A stretch of DNA of 64,000 nt from an uncultured Clostridia bacterium (GTDB lineage: Bacteria; Bacillota; Clostridia; Oscillospirales; Ruminococcaceae): the NCBI GenBank assembly GCA_947630825.1, contig CANRJA010000009.1, positions 686 through 64,685 on the forward strand. The letters run 5' to 3'. Below, one piece after another: positions 38,580-47,192 of this stretch (the stretch's first letter is position 1; the number at the start of each line of letters is the position of its first letter). The position numbers were made by a program, and so were the translations under genes. The notes under the pieces are model-generated. The model ran no database searches. It was not told where the DNA came from and saw only the letters and a program-made list of their open reading frames with translations.

Positions 38580-38801
38580 ATGGAAAAAATAAATACAGAC
38601 GTAATAGTATCTGATATAGAAGAAATCAAGTGCAATTCTGATTTGCTGGCAGGACTATCATATGTCCTTACTGTATTTTTTGAGAACGCATATGGATCTG
38701 AAGATATAATAAGAGTTTTTTCATATTTAATGGAAGAAGCCTACAATCTTCAAGATAAATGCAATTCGCTGTATAAAAGCGTTATAGATGCAAGAGACTA
38801 G
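38580..38801 (+). CDS. 73-aa helical protein of unknown function (module A cargo), paralogue of 58006-58218
   Basis: ATG 38580 follows AAGGATGTGACATCA, the same leader as at 57301 and 57991. Alignable with the 58006 product (LLAGLSYVLTVFFEN vs MLSGLAHVCLLCFIN; C-terminal KCNSLYKSV vs HCYKLMQEA). Confidence 0.5.
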   Translation: MEKINTDVIVSDIEEIKCNSDLLAGLSYVLTVFFENAYGSEDIIRVFSYLMEEAYNLQDKCNSLYKSVIDARD

Positions 38802-38890
38802 AACTTACCTTTTTCACTTTGTATTAGCCCGCCGTTGTACAAACTATAACACTTATCAAACTACCCAAAGGCGGCAGAGCCCCTGCTGGT
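38779..38890. repeat. Mosaic repeat copy (TAGATGCAAGAGA heptad start, box A, box C-like GC segment)
   Basis: TAGATGCAAGAGACTAG matches the TAGATGCAAGAGATTTAG motif at 47285 and 47462. Box A at 38828-38878 (CCGCCGTTGTACAAAC...CCCAAAGGCGG). Followed by CAGAGCC. Confidence 0.75.
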
Positions 38891-39619
38891 TCAGCGGCGA
38901 CGGTCTTTTTCTGCTTTTGTTATCTGCAAATAGCTTGCGTTCAGTTTTGAAGCGTCATCAAAAAGGCTTTCGTCATTAAGCGCTATCATACACAAAGAAT
39001 TTGCATTCTGAAGTCTTTTGCCGATAGGAGCTAATACGACGCTTTCATCGTCTTTAAACAAGCCGTCTTTGATTTCTTTCGCATTATCGCCGACAAGGAT
39101 TATACTCTCAAAAGCATTATCCTGCCTGTATTTCAGTATTTCATCGTTACCGCAAACAGTATCATCGCATATACTTTCAATCTTTTCACCGTAAATTTTG
39201 TACGCTCCGAAATAAGACACATTCGGTCTTGCCCTCATAACTGAAAAAACAATTTTCCCGTCACGCTCTCCGCTGCATAAATTCATAGCAAGCGATTTCA
39301 AGGTCGAGATACCTGCGCACTTTTTGTTATCCTTAAAGCATAACCCCTTTACCGCCGAAATACCTATTCTAAGACCCGTATAGCTTCCCGGCCCGTTTGC
39401 AACAGCAACAGCGTCAATGTCTGCGAGAGTTAAATTGGCGTCAATTAATAGCCTTCTCAAAATCGGGAGCAAAACCTGCGAGTGGGTAAGCTCGGTCATA
39501 ACGGTGGTGTTTGCTAAAATCCTGTCCTTGTCCGCAACGGCTAAAGACGCTGTTTTTCCCGAAGTGTCAACGCCAAGAACTATTTTTGATTTTTCATCTT
39601 TTTTATTCAAAGCGTTCAT
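38891..39619 (-). CDS. tsaB: tRNA t6A37 biosynthesis protein TsaB (YeaZ)
   Basis: ORF 38891-39727. Start moved to ATG 39619 (MNALNKK...ILGVDTSGKTASLAV...GPGSYTGLRIG). Overlaps the tsaE 3' end by 17 nt. Confidence 0.85.
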   Translation of the reverse strand: MNALNKKDEKSKIVLGVDTSGKTASLAVADKDRILANTTVMTELTHSQVLLPILRRLLIDANLTLADIDAVAVANGPGSYTGLRIGISAVKGLCFKDNKKCAGISTLKSLAMNLCSGERDGKIVFSVMRARPNVSYFGAYKIYGEKIESICDDTVCGNDEILKYRQDNAFESIILVGDNAKEIKDGLFKDDESVVLAPIGKRLQNANSLCMIALNDESLFDDASKLNASYLQITKAEKDRRR

Positions 39620-40037
39620 CTCCGATGATTTCAATTTCCCTTTCGTTTTCACTAAGCCTTGTGATTTTAATGTATATAGTGTTCTTTGGCAGTGCGTCTG
39701 AAATGTTTTCGCTCCACTCCACCGCAAGAATATTTATGTCGTTCATATAATCGTAAAAGCCGGTCGTTTCAAGGTCGAGCGAATTTGTTATCCTGTACAT
39801 ATCAAAATGACACAGCATAATATTGCTGCTGTCAGACCTGTATTCGTTTACAAGCGCAAAGGTAGGAGATGTAACCATATCCCCTATCCCAAGACCGATA
39901 GAAAGCCCTCTTGTAAAGGTAGTTTTGCCAACGCCTAAGCCGCCTACATAGGCAATAACGTCTCCGCCTTTGAGCTTTTTCCCGACGCTTTCTGCAAATT
40001 TAATTGTCTCCTCAGGCGAGTTGGTTACTACCTTCAT
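39603..40037 (-). CDS. tsaE: tRNA t6A37 biosynthesis ATPase TsaE (YjeE)
   Basis: 144 aa. Walker A GGLGVGKTTF, then SPTFALVNEY. Confidence 0.88.
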   Translation of the reverse strand: MKVVTNSPEETIKFAESVGKKLKGGDVIAYVGGLGVGKTTFTRGLSIGLGIGDMVTSPTFALVNEYRSDSSNIMLCHFDMYRITNSLDLETTGFYDYMNDINILAVEWSENISDALPKNTIYIKITRLSENEREIEIIGDERFE

Positions 40038-40056
40038 TTTAATTCTCCTGTTATAA

Positions 40057-40773
40057 TTATTTCAAAAGCGCTTCTTCCGAATGGTCGTCGTATAACGGTT
40101 CGTTGGATAAAACCTCGTCTATTTTACTGTTTTGGTCGTTTGCGGTTGCCGTTTCGGCTGGTTCAGATTCGCTTTTATCGACGCTGCCGTCATTCTTATG
40201 CCTTACCTTTGTGTCAAATCTCTCGATAAACGTAAAATACTTCTGTGCCGCTTCGATTTGATCTATCTCAAACGGACACTCGTCTGCTATCTGCTTTGTA
40301 TTCAAAGCCGCAACGGTAAACTCTATTATTTCATTGCCGTCGTTGTCATAGAATATGGCGTTGGTTTTCATATATCTTATTACAATTCTAGAAACATTGT
40401 CAAGAGCAAGACGGATAGGTTCTTCGGCAATAGCCCTGTCGCCTCTGAATTTGATAGGGATAGCATAGCTTTCCCACTCTTTAAAAGCGTAGATAAAATA
40501 CTCATATGTGTATGATTTCTTACCTCTGGCATTTGCAGTCGAGCCTGTTTTATTTGCAAATACTATTGTCAAATCCTTAACATCAACATCAGGCAGTGCG
40601 TCTTCCACAAGAGTGTTTACACGCTGAATGTCACGCTTGAGCTTTTTCTTACGACTTTTTTTGCTGAACGCTTTAAAGATTATTGCAAACAATATAATTG
40701 TAACAACTGCTGCGCATACTGCAAAGAAAATCATAGTTCCCTTTTCACCGAAAATATCTTTCAAAAAGTCCAT
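40057..40773 (-). CDS. Membrane-anchored hypothetical protein
   Basis: 238 aa. One N-terminal TM, a Lys-rich linker, a globular domain and an acidic tail. No recognisable motif. Confidence 0.5.
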   Translation of the reverse strand: MDFLKDIFGEKGTMIFFAVCAAVVTIILFAIIFKAFSKKSRKKKLKRDIQRVNTLVEDALPDVDVKDLTIVFANKTGSTANARGKKSYTYEYFIYAFKEWESYAIPIKFRGDRAIAEEPIRLALDNVSRIVIRYMKTNAIFYDNDGNEIIEFTVAALNTKQIADECPFEIDQIEAAQKYFTFIERFDTKVRHKNDGSVDKSESEPAETATANDQNSKIDEVLSNEPLYDDHSEEALLK

Positions 40774-40810
40774 TTTACATTCTCCGTTCGTATGATTTTT
40801 TTATAAAGCC

Positions 40811-42490
40811 TTAGAAAAGACCGCTTATATTTCCGTCATTGTCGCAGTCAATATTATTCGCAGCAGGAGATTTAGGAAGTCCCGGCATTGTCATAATATC
40901 ACCTGTATACGCAACTATAAAGCCTGCTCCGTTTGAAAGCTTCAAATCACGAACTGTTATCTCAAAGCCCTCAGGCTTACCCAGCTTTGTCGGGTCGTCA
41001 GAAAGCGAATACTGCGTCTTTGCAACGCAAACAGGTATATCAGCATGACCTAACGCCTCGATTTCCTTTATAGCCTTTTCAGCCTGCTTGGTGTAAATAA
41101 CACCGTCAACACGGTATATCTCCTTTGCGATTATATCGAGCTTCTCTTTGATAGGAAGTTTCTCGTCATAAAGTGTGTGGAAATTTGTTTCACTACCCTC
41201 GCACTTGTCTATAGTATCGCAGACCTTTTGCGCTAAATCTGTTCCGCCGTCTCCGCCCTTGGCAAAAATCTCAGCGAGAGACACCTCAACACCCATTTCT
41301 TTGCAAAAGTCTTTTATGTACTCTATCTCAGCCTCGGTATCAGTGTGGAATCTGTTTATAGCAACCACAACAGGAACACCGAATTTGTGCATATTTTCAA
41401 TGTGGGTCTTCAAGTTCACTATACCCTTTTTAAGAGCGTCAACATTCTCCTTGTTAAGCTTATCTCTTGCAACTCCGCCGTTGTACTTGAGCGCGCGGAT
41501 AGTCGCAACCAAAACTACGCAGTCAGGACTTAGATTTCCGAACCTGCACTTTATGTCAAGAAACTTTTCAGCACCTAAGTCTGCGCCAAAGCCTGCTTCA
41601 GTAATACAGTAATCGCCCAGCTTTAAAGCCAGCTTTGTCGCACGAACAGAGTTACAGCCGTGCGCAATATTTGCAAAAGGACCTCCGTGCATAATTGCAG
41701 GATTGTTCTCAAGCGTCTGAACAAGGTTCGGCTTAAGAGCGTCCTTCAAGAGCGCAGTCATTGCGCCGCAGCCCTTTAACTGCTTTGCGTAAACGGGATT
41801 GCCGTCCAAATCATATGCCACAAGAATACGCTCAAGCCGTTTCTTTAAGTCGTCCAAATCCGACGCTAAACAAAGCACAGCCATTATCTCAGTAGCGACG
41901 GTTATCTGAAAACCGTCCTCACGGGGAATGCCGTTTACCTTTCCGCCAAGACCTATATTTATATATCTAAGCGCTCTGTCGTTCATATCAAGGCATCGCT
42001 TTATGAGAATTCTTCTCTGGTCTATTCTAAGCTCGTTGCCCTGCTGAAGGTGGTTGTCAATAAGAGCGCAAAGCAGATTATTTGCAGAGGTTATAGCGTG
42101 CATATCTCCGGTAAAATGGAGGTTAATGTCCTCCATAGGCACTACCTGAGCGTATCCTCCGCCTGCGGCGCCTCCCTTTATTCCGAACACAGGACCGAGT
42201 GACGGTTCTCTCAAAGCCAGAACGGCATTTTTGTTTATCTTAGCCATAGCCTGAGCAAGACCAACCGAAATAGTTGTTTTTCCCTCGCCGGCAGGAGTGG
42301 GATTTATTGCCGTAACCAAAATCAGCTTGCCGTCTTTTTTGCTTTCGAGCTTTTTAAATAGAGACTCCGAAAGCTTTGCCTTGTAATGTCCGTAAGGCTC
42401 GATATCTTCTTCATCTACCCCTAGCTTTTTGGCGATCTCATTAATTTTCATCATTTTTGCTCTCAACGCAATCTCGATATCAGATAACAT
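40811..42490 (-). CDS. fhs: Formate--tetrahydrofolate ligase
   Basis: ORF 40811-42574. Start moved to ATG 42488-42490 (MLSDIEIA...) after [17 protein letters not shown]-loop and the FTHFS signature region. Confidence 0.95.
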   Translation of the reverse strand: MLSDIEIALRAKMMKINEIAKKLGVDEEDIEPYGHYKAKLSESLFKKLESKKDGKLILVTAINPTPAGEGKTTISVGLAQAMAKINKNAVLALREPSLGPVFGIKGGAAGGGYAQVVPMEDINLHFTGDMHAITSANNLLCALIDNHLQQGNELRIDQRRILIKRCLDMNDRALRYINIGLGGKVNGIPREDGFQITVATEIMAVLCLASDLDDLKKRLERILVAYDLDGNPVYAKQLKGCGAMTALLKDALKPNLVQTLENNPAIMHGGPFANIAHGCNSVRATKLALKLGDYCITEAGFGADLGAEKFLDIKCRFGNLSPDCVVLVATIRALKYNGGVARDKLNKENVDALKKGIVNLKTHIENMHKFGVPVVVAINRFHTDTEAEIEYIKDFCKEMGVEVSLAEIFAKGGDGGTDLAQKVCDTIDKCEGSETNFHTLYDEKLPIKEKLDIIAKEIYRVDGVIYTKQAEKAIKEIEALGHADIPVCVAKTQYSLSDDPTKLGKPEGFEITVRDLKLSNGAGFIVAYTGDIMTMPGLPKSPAANNIDCDNDGNISGLF

Positions 42491-42642
42491 AAAAAACCTC
42501 CTAATATATGAAAGTATATTCGCAAATATCTTATCCATACAATACTTATAAATAGTATAACATACATTATCCAATTTTGCAAAAATTTTTTGTATATGAT
42601 ATAATTTAAGAAAGTAGCAAAAATTATTGAAAGGATATCAAT

Positions 42643-43377
42643 ATGCCCAGATTTTTTGTAAATAAAAATAACATAAATGACGATCATATAACTATAAATG
42701 GCGGAGACGCCAAGCATATCGGAAGGTCGCTCAGAATGAAAATCGGAGACGAGCTTATTCTTTGCTGTGAAAAAGTTGACTATAAAACTAAAATTTTAAG
42801 TATAAGCGACAATAAGGTGCTTTGTGAGATTCTGTCGCAGTCTGAAATATGTTCAGAAGCAAATATAGAACTCACATTATATCAGGCAATGCCGAAAGGC
42901 GATAAGCTCGAATTTATCATTCAAAAGGCTGTCGAGCTGGGAGTAATCAAAATCGTTCCTGTTATAACCTCACGCTGTATTTCACGTCCTGACAAAAAAG
43001 GTTTCGCAAAGAAAAAGGAGCGTCTTAGCAGGATTTCCCTTGAAGCCGCAAAGCAGTCGGGCAGAGGAATAATTCCTGAAATTTCGGATATAATAGACTT
43101 TAAAACCGCAGTTTCTCAGCTTTCAGGAAACGATTTTTCGTTTGTTTGCTACGAAAATGGCGGAGTACCTTTTTCAAGCGTTGTCAACGCATCAGATTTC
43201 AAAAACAAAAGTGTCGGTCTTTTTATCGGCAGCGAGGGCGGGTTTGACAAAAGCGAAATAGGAGCATGCGAGAAAATGGGCATAAAAACAATAAGTATGG
43301 GAAAACGCATTTTAAGGTGTGAGACTGCTCCGATAAGCGCGGTGAGCATTATAATGGCACTTAGCGGTAATATGTAA
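42643..43377 (+). CDS. rsmE: 16S rRNA (uracil1498-N3)-methyltransferase
   Basis: 244 aa. MPRFFV...GDAKHIGRSLRM N-terminal PUA-like motif and a SPOUT C-terminus (IGSEGGF...LRCETA). Confidence 0.88.
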   Translation: MPRFFVNKNNINDDHITINGGDAKHIGRSLRMKIGDELILCCEKVDYKTKILSISDNKVLCEILSQSEICSEANIELTLYQAMPKGDKLEFIIQKAVELGVIKIVPVITSRCISRPDKKGFAKKKERLSRISLEAAKQSGRGIIPEISDIIDFKTAVSQLSGNDFSFVCYENGGVPFSSVVNASDFKNKSVGLFIGSEGGFDKSEIGACEKMGIKTISMGKRILRCETAPISAVSIIMALSGNM

Positions 43378-43580
43378 GCGGTTCAAAGTAATAAAAGTAT
43401 AAATATTTTATTAAATGCAATAATATATATTAATAAATAAAATTTACTAAAGGGCTTGAAATTGTCAAATTAAAGTGATATAATTTTTTATAGCTTTAAT
43501 ATTAGCATAAGGAAAAAATGTGGAAATTACATTTCACATTGGAAAGGAAGCCTTTGCAAAGTGAAGGCACGGTGATTAAT

Positions 43581-43868
43581 ATGAATAAATTAAAGACTAT
43601 TCTCGGTATTTCTGCAATTGCAGGCGCAATAGCCGCAGTGATTGCCTATAAGAGAAAAAAGGATTTGGAAGAGTACGAATACGAAGAATTTGACGAGTGC
43701 TTCTGCGACGACTGCTGCTATCCCGATGAGGAAAGCGCTGAGCAAGCGATAAACGAAGCGGCTGATGAAAAGTCTGGCGATAAGAGTGAGGATACAACTG
43801 ACAGTGCAGCTGAGGAAACTGACGAAAGCACTGCACCTGAAGCTGAGATAGATCAGGCAGAAGAGTAA
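43581..43868 (+). CDS. Small membrane-anchored acidic protein with a Cys cluster
   Basis: ORF 43518-43868. Start moved to ATG 43581 (MNKLKTILGISAIAGAIAAVIAY...). CFCDDCCYPDE followed by a D/E-rich tail. Confidence 0.45.
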   Translation: MNKLKTILGISAIAGAIAAVIAYKRKKDLEEYEYEEFDECFCDDCCYPDEESAEQAINEAADEKSGDKSEDTTDSAAEETDESTAPEAEIDQAEE

Positions 43869-43895
43869 TTGATAATTCAATAATTTAATAAAAAT

Positions 43896-43947
43896 AACCG
43901 ATGGCGTTTAAACTTATTTAACAAACCCATCGGTTTTTTATTTTTTA
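43896..43947. terminator. Terminator hairpin between convergent genes (acidic protein / uvrC)
   Basis: AACCGATGG ... CCATCGGTT followed by TTTTTATTTTTT. Long (22-nt) loop. Confidence 0.6.
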
Positions 43948-45798
43948 TGACTTCATATTGTCGATTATTTGTTTAAGCTCTAAGAGCTGTTCTTCACTGC
44001 CGCCTATTACAGATTTGATTTCATCTATCGTTGCCGACTTTAACGCCTCTTTAGTCTTAAAGTGCATAATCAGCTTCTTTGCCTTTGCGTCGCCTATGCC
44101 CTTAACCTTAGTAAGCTCAAGCTGATAGGTATTCTTTTTATGTTTGGCAGTCTGAAAGGTTATCGCGTAGCGGTGAACCTCGTCTTGAATACGGGTAATA
44201 AGGTTGAATGCCGACTTCATCTGAGAAACGCTTATTTCTCCTCCGCCTGTGGCGATCGCCCTTGTGCGGTGCTTTGAATCCTTTACCAAGCCGTACAGCG
44301 GAATATTAAGATGATACTTTTCCAAAACGGCACTGACGGCATTAACGTGACCTTTTCCGCCGTCTAAGAATATAAGGTCGGGGAGAGTTTTAAAGCCCTC
44401 GTCTGTTTCATCAGCGTCAAGATATCGCTTGATACGCCGTTCGATGACCTCCTGCATACAGGCGTAGTCATTTTGCTCAAAAACGGTTTTTATAGTAAAT
44501 TTCTTATAGTTTTTCTTAAATGGTCTTGCGTTTTTAAACACGACCATTCCTGCAACCATATTGGCAGACGCAAGATTTGAAATGTCGTAACACTCGATAT
44601 ATTTAGGCGGATTGGAAAGTCCTAAAAGCTTTGAAAGCTCGTCTAAGGCGATAATTTCTTTGCCCGTTCTGCCCACCTTTATAGATATCTGCTCACCTGC
44701 ATTGGCACGAGCCATTTCAACAAGTCTTAACATATCTCCTCTCTGGGGTATTTTTATACGAACCGCCCTGCCTGACTTTTCACGCAGAAACCTCTCGGCA
44801 AGCTCTATATCCTCCGGTTCGCCGTCTAAGAAGATATTTTTAGGTATATCAGACTTATCAGAATAGAACTGATACAGAAAATCGCCGCGCATTTTCTTTG
44901 TGTCCTCTATCTCCCCCAGCATAAAGCTGACCTTATCAAACAGACGTCCTCCACGATACATCAAAACGCTTGCACAGGCTATCTCGACATTCTCCGCAAG
45001 CGCAATTATGTCGGCGTCTTTCATATTCTCGTCGATTATCTTTTGGTTTTCGGAAATTTTCTCTATAGCGCGGATCCTGTCACGAAGGCTTGCCGCCTGC
45101 TCGAAATCAAGCTCCTCTGCGGCTTTTACCATAAGCGATGTAAGCCTTTCAACCGACTTCGCAGAGCCGTTTTTCATATAGTCTACAGCCTGATTTATAA
45201 TCTCTCTGTAATCCTCCTTAGAGATTCTCCCTCTGCAAAGACCCATACACTTGTTTATGTGGTGGTTAAGACAAGGTCTGCCCTTTTTAAAATCTCTCGG
45301 GAAAACCTTATGGCAGGTGGGGAGTTTAAATACCCTGTTCGCTTCCTCGACAGCCTGCTTAACGGCGTAACTGCTGGTGTAAGGCCCTATATAGACTGCG
45401 TTGTCGTCGTCTTTTTGCAAAGCCGCCGAAATTCTGGGGTAATCCTCATTGGTGACTTTTATATAGCTGTAGCCCTTGTCGTCCTTTAACAGAATATTAT
45501 ATCTCGGCATATTTTGTTTAATGAGCGAACACTCTAATACCAGAGCCTCAAACTCACTGTCGGTGACGATGAAATCGTAGTCATAAACCTGCGACACCAT
45601 TTTCGCAACCTTGGGAAGGTGGTCGGCTGACGCGCGAAAATAGCTGGTAACACGCTTTCTCAGAGACTTAGCCTTACCGATATAAATAATTTTCCCTTTA
45701 TCATTTTTCATCAGGTAGCAACCGGGTGAAAGAGTTAGCTTTGATGTTTTATCTCTTAAAAAGGGAAGTCTTTTATTATCATTTTCAGTTACTTTCAT
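43945..45798 (-). CDS. uvrC: Excinuclease ABC subunit C
   Basis: ORF 43945-45807 (GTG); ATG 45798 is more likely. GIY-YIG motif (GCYLMKNDKGKIIYIGKA), UvrBC-binding region, and C-terminal (HhH)2 (LTKVKGIGDAKAKKL). Confidence 0.94.
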   Translation of the reverse strand: MKVTENDNKRLPFLRDKTSKLTLSPGCYLMKNDKGKIIYIGKAKSLRKRVTSYFRASADHLPKVAKMVSQVYDYDFIVTDSEFEALVLECSLIKQNMPRYNILLKDDKGYSYIKVTNEDYPRISAALQKDDDNAVYIGPYTSSYAVKQAVEEANRVFKLPTCHKVFPRDFKKGRPCLNHHINKCMGLCRGRISKEDYREIINQAVDYMKNGSAKSVERLTSLMVKAAEELDFEQAASLRDRIRAIEKISENQKIIDENMKDADIIALAENVEIACASVLMYRGGRLFDKVSFMLGEIEDTKKMRGDFLYQFYSDKSDIPKNIFLDGEPEDIELAERFLREKSGRAVRIKIPQRGDMLRLVEMARANAGEQISIKVGRTGKEIIALDELSKLLGLSNPPKYIECYDISNLASANMVAGMVVFKNARPFKKNYKKFTIKTVFEQNDYACMQEVIERRIKRYLDADETDEGFKTLPDLIFLDGGKGHVNAVSAVLEKYHLNIPLYGLVKDSKHRTRAIATGGGEISVSQMKSAFNLITRIQDEVHRYAITFQTAKHKKNTYQLELTKVKGIGDAKAKKLIMHFKTKEALKSATIDEIKSVIGGSEEQLLELKQIIDNMKS

Positions 45799-45974
45799 AA
45801 TAATCACCGTTTTGTATGAAATGTACTACATATATTATAGTAGCATAGATAGCGAAAAAATAATATTAAAATTTATTAATTATTAAATTAATAATTATTT
45901 GTTGTTCTTGAATTTATATATTTTAAGATATATAATGTATAAAGTTTTATTTTAATATGAAAGGAAGTAATTTT

Positions 45975-47192
45975 ATGCATTCTTTTATAAACAGCATAAT
46001 AAACTCTGATTTTAGTTACCTACTGTTTATTGCAATAATTTTACTGTCTACAAAGTTTTTAGGACTTGTTACAATGAAGTTCCGTATGCCGCAGGTAGTC
46101 GGAGCTTTAATCGCAGGCTTCATACTTGGTCCTGCGGTTCTGAATTTAGTGCGAGACACTGATTTAATATCATCTCTTGCGGAGATAGGAGTAATAGTTT
46201 TAATGTTCTGTGCAGGTCTTGAAACTGACCTGAACGAGATGAAAAAGACGGGTGTCGCCTCGTTTGTAATAGCGTTTATCGGTGTTTTACTGCCGTTAGC
46301 AGGAGGCTTCGGGGTTGCATACTTTGCAAACAGCGATCCTGATTTAATACTTCACGACGTATTCATAGGAATTATCTTAACGGCGACATCTGTAAGCATT
46401 ACCGTTGAAACTTTAAAGGAGCTTGGAAAACTAAACTCACGGGCAGGCAACGCGATACTCGGAGCGGCAATTATAGACGATGTTCTGGGAATTATCGGCT
46501 TAACTATTGTTATGAGCTTAGCAGACTCATCTGTAAGCATAATGATAGTGCTTTTAAAAATAATTGCTTTCTTTGTATTTGCCATTATTGCTTGTTATCT
46601 GTTCCGTAAATTATACGAAAAATGGACCTCAAGAACAGAAAAGGATTTACGTAGATATTCAATTACCGCATTTGCATTTTGTCTGCTTTTATCCTTCTGT
46701 GCCGAGTTTTTCTTCGAAGTTGCAGACATCACAGGAGCGTACATTGCAGGTCTTGCGATAGCAAAGACTCCGAAAACCGAGTATGTTACCAAAAAGTTTG
46801 ACACGCTTTCATATCTGCTCTTATCGCCTATTTTCTTTGCAAGCATAGGCTTAAAGGTCAACTTCTCTGGAATGACCTCGACTATCTGGATATTTGCAAT
46901 AGTTCTTACTCTTGTTGCAATTATAACAAAAATACTCGGCTGTGGTCTGGGCGCAAAGCTGTTCAAATTTACTACAAAAGAAAGCTTACAAATCGGTATA
47001 GGAATGATATCAAGAGGCGAGGTTGCGCTTATTGTCGCAAGCAAGGGCGAAAAAATGGGGCTTATGCCGCCTCAATATTTCGGACCTGTAGTTCTTATGG
47101 TCATAGTCACTACTATTATAACCCCTGTACTTTTAAAAATAGTCTTCAAAAGCAACGGTGACGTTGCATCCAATCCGCCTTTGGATAGTTAG
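45975..47192 (+). CDS. CPA2-family cation:proton antiporter
   Basis: ORF 45957-47192. ATG 45975 has the better RBS (AAGGAAG). Multi-TM protein with a GLETD motif. The last ~12 codons and the stop lie inside the mosaic repeat. Confidence 0.8.
   Translation: MHSFINSIINSDFSYLLFIAIILLSTKFLGLVTMKFRMPQVVGALIAGFILGPAVLNLVRDTDLISSLAEIGVIVLMFCAGLETDLNEMKKTGVASFVIAFIGVLLPLAGGFGVAYFANSDPDLILHDVFIGIILTATSVSITVETLKELGKLNSRAGNAILGAAIIDDVLGIIGLTIVMSLADSSVSIMIVLLKIIAFFVFAIIACYLFRKLYEKWTSRTEKDLRRYSITAFAFCLLLSFCAEFFFEVADITGAYIAGLAIAKTPKTEYVTKKFDTLSYLLLSPIFFASIGLKVNFSGMTSTIWIFAIVLTLVAIITKILGCGLGAKLFKFTTKESLQIGIGMISRGEVALIVASKGEKMGLMPPQYFGPVVLMVIVTTIITPVLLKIVFKSNGDVASNPPLDS

Noticed and set aside
45808-45956. 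LexA (Cheo) box upstream of uvrC
   Set aside because: No GAAC-N4-GTTC-type sequence is present in the upstream region.
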